Both the position numbers and the translations under genes were made by a program. A stretch of 64,000 nt of DNA from a virus (Duplodnaviria; Caudoviricetes). Of the stretch, positions 55,196 to 64,000 are shown one piece after another. The DNA lies in IMG/VR virus record IMGVR_UViG_3300025316_000014, positions 2,090 through 66,089 of that record. One strand, 5' to 3'. Below the pieces are notes generated by a model that was given only the letters and a program-made list of their open reading frames with translations, was not told the origin of the DNA and made no database searches. Each line of letters starts with the position of its first letter. Positions within the stretch are counted from its first letter, which is position 1.

Positions 55196-55246
55196 ATATT
55201 AATGCCCTGATTTAAGAAATATTGGCTTAGATTAGGGCATTAATAT
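55196..55246 (+). terminator. Long stem-loop after the tail tube gene
   Basis: ATATTAATGCCCTGATTTAAG/CTTAGATTAGGGCATTAATAT. Confidence 0.5.
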
Positions 55247-55269
55247 AATTCAAATAGAGGAGAATAACC

Positions 55270-55755
55270 ATGCCTAATATGGTAGATATCGATGCAGCAT
55301 ATGGCAGCATTGGGAACCGTCGTAGTATCAAATTATTTGGAGAAGAGCATTCTGATATTAAGGAAGTGCCTTATCAACTTGGTTTAGCATTAAATGATGT
55401 TCAATCTCTTCCTCCTGCAGAACAGGACGCCTTGGTTTTACAGGCGTTGCAGCATGTATTCGGCGCGGAACGGTTTTCTCAGTGGGAAAACAATCCGGAA
55501 TGGACACAAAGCCATCTACAATTATTGATTGCATATATACTATCCGGATTCAAAACTATTGGGGTAGAAGCAGCTGCGGATAGGATTGTAGAAGGAAAAA
55601 ACTTACCGGCGGAGGGGACAGTGGAGACTCCTCCTTTGACCTCTTCGGAAACTTTGCCCTTGTTTACGCCGACTTCCGAAGAGAATACCGGATTGACCTT
55701 GACGACCCCGGAAAACTTACCTGGAGACAATTCCTTGACCTCATCGGAGGGTTAA
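55270..55755 (+). CDS. Tail assembly chaperone (G)
   Basis: Position upstream of the TMP; slippery A AAA AAC at 55596-55602. Confidence 0.75.
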   Translation: MPNMVDIDAAYGSIGNRRSIKLFGEEHSDIKEVPYQLGLALNDVQSLPPAEQDALVLQALQHVFGAERFSQWENNPEWTQSHLQLLIAYILSGFKTIGVEAAADRIVEGKNLPAEGTVETPPLTSSETLPLFTPTSEENTGLTLTTPENLPGDNSLTSSEG

Positions 55756-55895
55756 GTAGTGACAGTCGACTTGCTAATTTAAAATATGAATTATCAAGAA
55801 AAGAGACCCCGGCAAATCTTGGGCGACCTATGACTGACCACGAATTGGATGAATGGATGATCGCCATGAATACCGCAGCAAAAGAAAAGGAATAA
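55270..55895 (+). CDS. Tail assembly chaperone frameshift product (GT, Gp15-like)
   Basis: -1 frame reads VYADFRREYRIDL...LTWRQFLDLIGGL and stops at 55893-55895, just before the TMP. Confidence 0.75.
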
Positions 55896-55901
55896 ATATA
55901 T

Positions 55902-58900
55902 ATGTCCGGCGAATCTATTAACTATGGAGATGTGGTTGCCCAATATCGTCTTGAAACTGGACAATTTGGGGAGTCCGTATCGCGTATTGTAGAAGGATAC
56001 GGCGAAGTTGCCGGATCTTTAATAGGTCTCGTCGGACATTTACGTATTGTCGATCTTGGCTTTGCCGGATTAGCTACTGCAGCTATTAAATCATATAGTT
56101 CTACCTATGATGTTGTTCGTCAATTTACTCGTGAAACAAATCTTGCCGCCTCTGCAACACAAACTTTTAAAGATCAACTTGATGAGCTTTCTTCTACTAC
56201 TCCTGATGAATTAAATGTTATCGGGAATGTTATGGCCAAAATTGAAGCTAGAACTGGACTAGCCGGCCAAGCAGCGACAAGAGTAGCCGATTCATACCTC
56301 GCTGTTTCTCGTATTTTTGGAACTGGTGCTGGACAACTTGCTGATATTGGGACGAATATTTCTCAATTATTCGGCATTTCTGGACCAGAAGCTATGGATA
56401 AATTTGCTATAGCAACTAAAATGTCCGGAGCAAGTATTAATGATTTGATGTCAACAATGCAGCAGTCCGGAGCTGTTTTCAAAGATTTGGGATATTCATT
56501 TGACCAGACCCTTGCCTTAATGGCAAATTTTGAAAAACTTGGCGTAGGTTCAAAAGCTATTATGGGTATTAGGTCAGCGATGATGACTGAAGGAGTCTCT
56601 GGTCCACAAATAGCCTCGATTATTAGTGAAATTAGCAGACTGCAAAAGACTGGGCAAACGCAAGATGCGTTTGCAATGACAGAAAGGTTTTTTAAACGAG
56701 GAGCTCCTGAGTTAGTCCCGGCAATAGCACGAGGAGCATTTGATACTGGCCCTATGCTTGACGCAGTTAGCAAGAGTGCAGGTATAGTTGACACAATGAA
56801 AAAAGATCTTAATATTGGAGAGATCTTTACTATTGAATTACATAAAGCAGAAATTGCTATCCGTCCAATAGGCGAATTATTCACTAATATGGCAAAACAA
56901 ATTGCTCCGATAACCGGAGTTATTTGGAATATTGTCGGAGCATTTACCGGTCTTTTAAAAACTCCTGTTGGTAAATGGGCAGCAGAAATTCTTATAGGGT
57001 TGACAGCAATACGAGTGGCATTCCTTCCACTGATTGGTTTAATTTCTGTAGTAAAAGTTGGTATGGCAGGGGCATGGGCAGCGGGTATTGGAGGAGTTGG
57101 TAAAAATCTTGCATCGCCTTTTGTAGAAGGAACTCGTATTATACAAGGTGGTCCTCAAGCAGTATTAACAGCTCAAACTTCTGTGAAAAACGCCGCGGCC
57201 ATGACATTAGAAGCGGAAGCAGCAACTGCAAAAGCTGCTGCCCTTACCCTAGACGCGGAAACAGCTACAGCTTCTGCTTTAGCTTCTACTGGTAATTCGG
57301 CAGCAGCAACCACTGACGCAACAGCTATGACAGCTGAAGCAGAAACTGCTACAGCTGATGCCTTAGCTTTAACAAATAAAGCAGCAGCCGCCCGTGCATC
57401 AGCAGCGGCTGATTTATTAGCCGCTGAAGGGGCGGCAACTGCCGCGGTAAGTTTTGGAGCAGTTGCTTTAGCTCTTGGCCCTATTATTCTTGCGATAGTA
57501 GCTATCGGAGTAGCATTCGCAGGTATTAGCGCTTTAATTGATGAAGCCGCTGGTAAATATACTCGATTTGTTGAAAAGTCTCATAAAGGCAATCAATGGC
57601 AACAATTTGGGGATTTCTTCAAATGGATTGCTGGTCAAGCTCCAAAAGATGAATCATTTCATGATTATTATGTTCATCCTAAAGTGGATATGAATGATCA
57701 GAAAGCAGTTGCTGCCGCTCTTGAAAAAACTAAAGCGGATGTTATTCAATTCCAAAAAGATGTTGATAACATTCCTGAGGATGATAAAACTCCAGATGCA
57801 GAGCATAAACGATATCAACTTCGTGATGCTCAGGATTTCCAAGCGAAATTACAACGTAACACTCCTGCGGAACAGCCTATTATTCCTCCACCTTGGATTG
57901 AAGATTTTTATGGTAAGGGTTCTTTGTTTTGGCAAAAAGTACAACAAGGAACTATTGAAGCATCTAATAACGCAAAAGAATACGGGCGGGTTATACAGCA
58001 AATCGCTGGAGACCCAACTTTAACCGAAGCGAATAAGTATGGGTTGCAAGCTCAGGCAAAATTAGCTCAACAAAAAGTTGCGGATGCGTTAGAATTAGGG
58101 CAGTATAAAGCAGACCAGGAAGACGCCGCTGATAAACAAGAACGGGAGCATGCAGGTCATATTGATGCCCGTATGATTGCGATAATAAAACGAACCGCTG
58201 AAGTAAATATCGCAAAAAAGCAAGCGGATCAACAACAACATCAAGCTGATATGCAGAATGACGCTCAAATTAAGCAAGCACAAATAGAACGAGCTGCGGC
58301 ATACCGTCAAGCAATGCGTCAAGTAATGGTTGACTCAGTAACATTCAGTGCGGCACAAATAAGCGCAGAATCAAGCATTCGGCATGAACAAATGAAACTT
58401 ATTGATACTGCAGATAACGTCGAAAAAGTGCGCATTGCTGGAGCAACTCATATTTTTGAGGTCGAGAAAAAGAATGCTATTGAACTTTCTGCTAAGCAAA
58501 TAGATATCGAAAAACAAATGGCTCTGGCTCATAAAACAATGAGTGCGGAAGAAGTTGCTGATTTACAAAAAGCAAATGATATTGTTCTTGCTCATATGAA
58601 AAACCGGCACTCAATTGAGCAAACGGATGCTGAAGCAGCAGCATTACATAATGAGCGGGTAGCTCAGCATCAAGAAGATGTTTATAAAGGTTCTTTGTCT
58701 CTTCGGACAATAGCTTTACAGTTTACTATCGACACCGGATTACTATCCCAGCATACCGAAACAATTAAACATCGATATGCTGAAGCATTTTCTATTAATG
58801 ACCGATCAGCAATTATCAATGCTACTCACGCTTTGGAAGTTCAAAAAATACAAACTCGAGCAATGATAGAAAAACAAGCGATTATTGATCACGGAAATGC

Positions 58901-59768
58901 TCGAGTAAAAAAACAAATTGATATCGACAATATGCTTGAAGGTCAAGCAAAAGAAATGCAACATCAATTACAAGCTGAGGAATTTGCTCGTATTGAAGGT
59001 GTAGCTGCGAAGCAAAAAGAGGCAGACGCCGATAAGCTTTCTGCTGATTTACATCAACTCGCTATAGAAGATCGTAGGCGGGATGCTAACGCCGCAACAA
59101 TTCATGCGAATATCGAGGCCCAATATGTAGCGCAAGAACTTGGCGAAAAACGACGAGCAGGGTATGCAGAAATGTATGCTGACATTATTGGAGGAATATA
59201 TTCAGCACAAGTGCACGCCCAAAGTGAATTAAATCAAGCTGATATTGATTTTTACAAGACAAAAGCTAATGCTGAAGCAACGTTTAACGCTGAGAAAATT
59301 AAATCCGGTGCGAATATCGATGTATTGCAACAACAACTTAATGAAGCAATGACGAATGCTTGGAATACGCTGCAAGGAAAGAAAATATCCGTTGAACTTA
59401 CACTAGAAAAATCAAAATTAGAACAATTCAAAGAGACTGTAATGTGGGGGGTAAAACATAGTGTTGAGGATGATCCTCGCTTCCAAGCTGGTGTAGAAAA
59501 AGGAATGCGTGGAATGTTTGCCTATGCCGCAATGAGAGGGTTAAACGGTCTGGCGCCGGCTACTGCAAGTATGGCAGGCTTTCAAGGATTAAATATACCG
59601 AGCATCCCTATTTCAAATTTGCCTTCGGTTGTTCCTCCTGCTCCTGTTGCTCCTATCACTTTACGAATAGCATTAGATAAGGAAAATCTTAAGGTATTCG
59701 TTGACTCAGAAGTTAACAAACAAGTTAACGTTGTCATGGTTCCGGTATTAAACCGTCTGGGGCGTTGA
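55902..59768 (+). CDS. Tape measure protein
   Basis: 1288 aa, Ala-rich and helical, TP901-like core region, TM segments. Confidence 0.88.
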   Translation: MSGESINYGDVVAQYRLETGQFGESVSRIVEGYGEVAGSLIGLVGHLRIVDLGFAGLATAAIKSYSSTYDVVRQFTRETNLAASATQTFKDQLDELSSTTPDELNVIGNVMAKIEARTGLAGQAATRVADSYLAVSRIFGTGAGQLADIGTNISQLFGISGPEAMDKFAIATKMSGASINDLMSTMQQSGAVFKDLGYSFDQTLALMANFEKLGVGSKAIMGIRSAMMTEGVSGPQIASIISEISRLQKTGQTQDAFAMTERFFKRGAPELVPAIARGAFDTGPMLDAVSKSAGIVDTMKKDLNIGEIFTIELHKAEIAIRPIGELFTNMAKQIAPITGVIWNIVGAFTGLLKTPVGKWAAEILIGLTAIRVAFLPLIGLISVVKVGMAGAWAAGIGGVGKNLASPFVEGTRIIQGGPQAVLTAQTSVKNAAAMTLEAEAATAKAAALTLDAETATASALASTGNSAAATTDATAMTAEAETATADALALTNKAAAARASAAADLLAAEGAATAAVSFGAVALALGPIILAIVAIGVAFAGISALIDEAAGKYTRFVEKSHKGNQWQQFGDFFKWIAGQAPKDESFHDYYVHPKVDMNDQKAVAAALEKTKADVIQFQKDVDNIPEDDKTPDAEHKRYQLRDAQDFQAKLQRNTPAEQPIIPPPWIEDFYGKGSLFWQKVQQGTIEASNNAKEYGRVIQQIAGDPTLTEANKYGLQAQAKLAQQKVADALELGQYKADQEDAADKQEREHAGHIDARMIAIIKRTAEVNIAKKQADQQQHQADMQNDAQIKQAQIERAAAYRQAMRQVMVDSVTFSAAQISAESSIRHEQMKLIDTADNVEKVRIAGATHIFEVEKKNAIELSAKQIDIEKQMALAHKTMSAEEVADLQKANDIVLAHMKNRHSIEQTDAEAAALHNERVAQHQEDVYKGSLSLRTIALQFTIDTGLLSQHTETIKHRYAEAFSINDRSAIINATHALEVQKIQTRAMIEKQAIIDHGNARVKKQIDIDNMLEGQAKEMQHQLQAEEFARIEGVAAKQKEADADKLSADLHQLAIEDRRRDANAATIHANIEAQYVAQELGEKRRAGYAEMYADIIGGIYSAQVHAQSELNQADIDFYKTKANAEATFNAEKIKSGANIDVLQQQLNEAMTNAWNTLQGKKISVELTLEKSKLEQFKETVMWGVKHSVEDDPRFQAGVEKGMRGMFAYAAMRGLNGLAPATASMAGFQGLNIPSIPISNLPSVVPPAPVAPITLRIALDKENLKVFVDSEVNKQVNVVMVPVLNRLGR

Positions 59769-59769
59769 A

Positions 59770-62700
59770 ATGATTACAACGCGAAATGAGCTTGCAACTT
59801 GGATATCCGGAGCACAAAGTTCACCTAATTCTGTTAATTCTGGTAATTTTATTATGGGCAGGATGAATTGCACATTGCATTTTTACCCTGCTTATAATAA
59901 ATCACTTCCTACTGGCCAACCATTCACAGGATATTCTTTACCGCTTTCCCCTTCACAATGTTTAGCAATGGCGGTTAATATTTTTGATACATTAGTATCC
60001 TATGTTAATATAATGCACGAATTTATTGGGTTACCTGGTAGTTATTTTTGGCCGATATCCAATACAATAGTTTTTGAGTTAGTAGTTACCTATCCTTATG
60101 GGTTGCACACAAATACTGAAGTCGTGAACGATATATACCGCGGGGACTCCAACCTCTTGCCGTTTAATCCGCTTTCACCAGCAGACCAGACAAAACAATA
60201 TTGTAAATACGGGTATCCGAATAGTATTACTGGAGTAACTACAGAAAATCCTCCAACGAACACCATTGTCCTTCCATATTCTACAGGTATTGCTATATTA
60301 ACACTTCATGCAGGTGGGCATAATTATACCATTGGCGACATAATTACTGTGGATACTGGATCAACATTAGCCACTTGTGTTGTGAATTCTGTTTCTAGCG
60401 GGGGAGTCATTACTGCGTTAAGTTTAACGACTCCCGGACTAGGGTATTCACGCGGAATAGAAATAGCTACTACTTCATATGGCGGTATATTAAATATATC
60501 AGTTAATAATAATGGTTCTGGATATATTACTAACGATACCTTTACTATTAACGGTCCAGAGACATTAGCTACTGGGCATATTTCTGGGTTTAATGATGTT
60601 TATGCTTGCCATATTTTACCGCCGGTCGGTTGTGGAACTGGGTATAAAGTTGGGGATACATTTTCTGCGAACGACGGAAGTGGCCAAGTTAACGGAATTA
60701 TTACAGCCGTTCGAGATATAAATATTGGGGATCAAATTATATCTGGAGTAGTATGGAATTTTGATTTAACAAATAAACCACCTCATGGTTATTATGTTGA
60801 ACTAGGAGCAAATATTCCGACTACAACTAATGGTAATGGGACCGGTCTTTTGCTCACTGGGTCCCCTGGAGAATTTTGGGGTGGTAGTCAATATTATACC
60901 GTGCTTAATACTTTACAATATTATGCTTATCCATGGAGTGGAAATTCACTTAATGGCATTGAAGCCTTGGGACATGGCTATGCGGTAGCAGACACCTTCA
61001 CTACAGTTAATGGAGCAACTGGAACAGTACTCGAGACAAATAATTTATGGTTTCCTGCACGACTTGAAGGTGGAATATGGATCGCAGCAGGATGGGTTAA
61101 TGGAGTAGTTTTAAGTATTGACCCTCAACATGGAATGTCTGCTTCTGGGAAATTCGTTACAACAACTAGCGGAAGTGGTCAAGGATTGTATATTAGTTCA
61201 GGTAGTCGGTTATCGCATACCCCTATCTTAGTATTAGATACTCCTGGAACAGATTATAATATAGAAAATGGAGTAGAAACTGTAGCGACTTCTGGGGGAA
61301 TAATAACAACAATTTCAATTGCGGATGCTGGTACGGGGTTTAATGGTGACAGTTTTACAATCAGTGGCGGTAATGGACTTGCAACTGGGCGCGTTATAAA
61401 TAGTAGAACTGTCACGCTAGATATTCCATATACTGGATTAATAATTACTATAGGACAAGGAAGATATGGCCATGGATATAATATAGGCGACACATTCACA
61501 ACATCAGTAGGGTTGACTGGTACAGTAACTGCTGTTACTTCTGGAATTTTCCCTGATGCGATGGGTAATTATAGATCATATACTGGTGTTCCAATTGCGA
61601 TAAGTTTACAAAATTTAGGGACAAGTATTCTAAATACAGAATATCTTACAACTGCGGTTACGGGAAGTGGAGTAAACTTACGGGTTCACACTATTTCAGT
61701 TACTACTGCATCGATCCCGACTGCGATAGCAATAACTAATGGGGGGAAATTATATAATACTATAACCGGAGTAACAGTTTACGCCGTAGGAGTAGGGAAT
61801 TATTGGGAACCGGTAACAGCAGGCGGATTAACAATAGATATTACAGGAACAACTGGCATGGGATCTGGGTTGACAGTCAACATCCTTTCGGTGCAGGCTG
61901 GATATGGATGTACTGTTGATATAGTTGATTTAAATGTTACTGAAACTGATTTTGATACTGCTTGGGCTGAAGCTGTATACATAGGCGGTCCATTCAATGG
62001 GCAAATAAAGACTCCGTCTATTATTTATTTGCCCACTATAAGATCGGTTGCAGGATATATTGCTATGACTATTGCTGATTTTAGGACATTAAGTTTTGTT
62101 TATCCGGAAAACACTCCTGTAGCAAATATATATCATCCTAACATTATTGTAAACGGCAATACACAATCATTATTAGGGGTTATCCTTGGCAATGTAAGCT
62201 TTGCTACATTCCAAGCATACGTTCAGCAAACTGTTGTTAATGGTACAATACCAGGTATTTATCAAGTAAGTGATTGTTATTATTCGCCTATCGCATCTTT
62301 ATCTTTTCCTAATCCACAAGATTTTATTAGGGATATGAATATATGGGTGCCACCTACGAATATTTACTACTCCCCAAGTTTTAATTCCATATATTTTATA
62401 CCAGGGTTCTGGTTTAATCGCAATCAATATCCTAATCCTGTCGCTCCTGTCTATTCGGTAATTTCACTTGATGATCCATATACTCCAAGCGGAGGTACGC
62501 AACCTTTATTTTCGTCTCTTAACATTCCTCCGACCTGGTCTTCAGGAAATATTTCTACATTACCTGATGATATAATAACTTTACCATATAATTTTGCTTC
62601 AGGACCAGGAGAAGGCACAAGTTATTATAACAATTGTAAGGAATTACAAGGAACCCCTCCTCCAGTTGATGATATCAAATTTACAGCGATAGACGATTCA

Positions 62701-63708
62701 CCAGCAACATTAATCCCTTTCCCCGAACAAGCAGTCCCTTCCCCGTATGCTCCATTCGTTTATCCTGTCCGCTATGCGAATGTTCAGTATAGCCCTATTC
62801 CTGGGAGTACGGCGGATGTATGGAGTTTTATACAATATCTAATTCCATCAACAGTGGACAATGAACAAATAGACCATTTTTTAGGTAATTATATTACCTT
62901 ATATACTTTTGCAATTTCATTCGCCGATGCTACTCCCATCGTTATTCCGTTTACTGGGTGCAATATATGGCATGTCACTTTAGGAACGCCACATAATCCT
63001 TCAATTGTACCTGCAAGTGGAGAAGTATTTCAGAGTACTTCCGGGTATGTAAATTTTAATTTAATTGATACTTTTGATGTAACCATTCTTGATTATTATG
63101 CTACTCGTTGGATATGGGCGATGGTTGCTCTTACTTCTAATTATCAAGGATACATTCCATATGCTCCTCTTGATAGTGAGAATACTGGAGTTATTCCAGT
63201 TGGGACTACTATTCCTTATTCCTCTGGTCCGCGGCAAAATCCACCGCCGTTCGGAGGAGGAGTGAATCCTTCAATTTTAGTAGCTGATAATATCGGCCCT
63301 GTAACTATTGCCGCGGTGTCTGCTTTATCAAGTGGAATATTATATCAAGGGCTTATTAATTTTAGTCGCCCTGTTACTGAAACGTTTACTTTTATTCCTC
63401 TTCCTCTCCCTCCGAATGGAATGGGGAATGCTTTAGATAGCGCTCTTGATAGATTTGGATTTAGGCATATCGTTAAAGTAACGTCAACCGGAGTTTACCA
63501 TGGGCTGTATGTAAATAATACAATATTAATCGGGTCGTTAACTTTAATAAAAGCAACAATTTATGCGACTGGATTACAAATTACTATACAAGTGAATGGA
63601 TCACTGGTTGTTAATATTGACGGGTTAACTCCATCGCATTATATAAGTGATAATGAAGGAGCATCATGGAGGTTAGCTATTTGTGATGTTCAAGGAGGGT
63701 TCCATTAA
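59770..63708 (+). CDS. Large tail-tip / receptor-binding protein
   Basis: T/G-rich repeats GxGYxxGDTFT...GxGxGL; terminal Asp-box SDNEGASW. Confidence 0.6.
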   Translation: MITTRNELATWISGAQSSPNSVNSGNFIMGRMNCTLHFYPAYNKSLPTGQPFTGYSLPLSPSQCLAMAVNIFDTLVSYVNIMHEFIGLPGSYFWPISNTIVFELVVTYPYGLHTNTEVVNDIYRGDSNLLPFNPLSPADQTKQYCKYGYPNSITGVTTENPPTNTIVLPYSTGIAILTLHAGGHNYTIGDIITVDTGSTLATCVVNSVSSGGVITALSLTTPGLGYSRGIEIATTSYGGILNISVNNNGSGYITNDTFTINGPETLATGHISGFNDVYACHILPPVGCGTGYKVGDTFSANDGSGQVNGIITAVRDINIGDQIISGVVWNFDLTNKPPHGYYVELGANIPTTTNGNGTGLLLTGSPGEFWGGSQYYTVLNTLQYYAYPWSGNSLNGIEALGHGYAVADTFTTVNGATGTVLETNNLWFPARLEGGIWIAAGWVNGVVLSIDPQHGMSASGKFVTTTSGSGQGLYISSGSRLSHTPILVLDTPGTDYNIENGVETVATSGGIITTISIADAGTGFNGDSFTISGGNGLATGRVINSRTVTLDIPYTGLIITIGQGRYGHGYNIGDTFTTSVGLTGTVTAVTSGIFPDAMGNYRSYTGVPIAISLQNLGTSILNTEYLTTAVTGSGVNLRVHTISVTTASIPTAIAITNGGKLYNTITGVTVYAVGVGNYWEPVTAGGLTIDITGTTGMGSGLTVNILSVQAGYGCTVDIVDLNVTETDFDTAWAEAVYIGGPFNGQIKTPSIIYLPTIRSVAGYIAMTIADFRTLSFVYPENTPVANIYHPNIIVNGNTQSLLGVILGNVSFATFQAYVQQTVVNGTIPGIYQVSDCYYSPIASLSFPNPQDFIRDMNIWVPPTNIYYSPSFNSIYFIPGFWFNRNQYPNPVAPVYSVISLDDPYTPSGGTQPLFSSLNIPPTWSSGNISTLPDDIITLPYNFASGPGEGTSYYNNCKELQGTPPPVDDIKFTAIDDSPATLIPFPEQAVPSPYAPFVYPVRYANVQYSPIPGSTADVWSFIQYLIPSTVDNEQIDHFLGNYITLYTFAISFADATPIVIPFTGCNIWHVTLGTPHNPSIVPASGEVFQSTSGYVNFNLIDTFDVTILDYYATRWIWAMVALTSNYQGYIPYAPLDSENTGVIPVGTTIPYSSGPRQNPPPFGGGVNPSILVADNIGPVTIAAVSALSSGILYQGLINFSRPVTETFTFIPLPLPPNGMGNALDSALDRFGFRHIVKVTSTGVYHGLYVNNTILIGSLTLIKATIYATGLQITIQVNGSLVVNIDGLTPSHYISDNEGASWRLAICDVQGGFH

Positions 63709-64000
63709 TGGCAACAACCCGTGAAGTTTTTACACAATTCGGACAAGTAGCGATTGCGTATTGGGATGATACTCATTTTATAAGCGACACTAACTGTATC
63801 ACATGCTCTATTGATGTGACGTTTTTCGATAATGGAGCAGGATGGGATGGCTCGCCAGTTGTTGTTTGCGATATGCTTACAGAAAGTGAATTTTCGTTTG
63901 ATGTTGACCCGTCTGGTCGCTGGTGGATATGTTTTACGGATAATCTTGGAGTATTATATCAATATTATTCAGATAATTCTGGCAGTTCGTGGTTAAAATA
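63708..64000 (+). CDS. Tail protein with Asp-box; 3' partial
   Basis: TAATG overlap; frame open to the window end; YSDNSGSSW. Confidence 0.55.
   Translation, partial: MATTREVFTQFGQVAIAYWDDTHFISDTNCITCSIDVTFFDNGAGWDGSPVVVCDMLTESEFSFDVDPSGRWWICFTDNLGVLYQYYSDNSGSSWLK

Noticed and set aside
1-64000. Genome-wide TGA reassignment
   Set aside because: Many genes end in TGA with ATGA/GTGA start overlaps (e.g. 2905, 9436, 31885, 32304, 34164), and long genes contain no in-frame TGA.

Overview
The window holds most of a circularly permuted tailed (siphovirus-like) phage genome. A minus-strand early/replication arm (2477-30036) encodes a RecU-like resolvase, dimeric dUTPase, Cas4-like nuclease, two ThyX, DnaE, a TOPRIM primase-MCM helicase fusion, SSB, Sak4-like ATPase, SNF2 helicase, a pentapeptide protein, a C26 amidotransferase plus amidoligase and many small ORFs. 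It diverges across a structured non-coding control region (30037-30956) from a plus-strand late arm: endolysin, terminase, portal, a giant MuF/zincin/ADP-ribosyltransferase protein, scaffold, P22-type capsid, glycosyltransferase plus methyltransferase, neck, tail, tape measure and tail tip, with a tail fibre gene at the window start. No integrase, repressor, tRNA or CRISPR array was recognised. The most unusual signal is a dispersed family of 13 short helical ORFs with conserved ends (MTxxEAxKxYxxAK ... AAKKVLDxIK) and unrelated middles. They sit at junctions between lysis, packaging and neck genes, and two copies share a perfect 288-bp duplication. Other notable items are a divergent second ThyX, sigmaB/SigF-like promoters on both arms, several candidate structured RNAs and two in-frame TGA codons inside otherwise intact genes. 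All family assignments are by motif recognition only; no searches were run.
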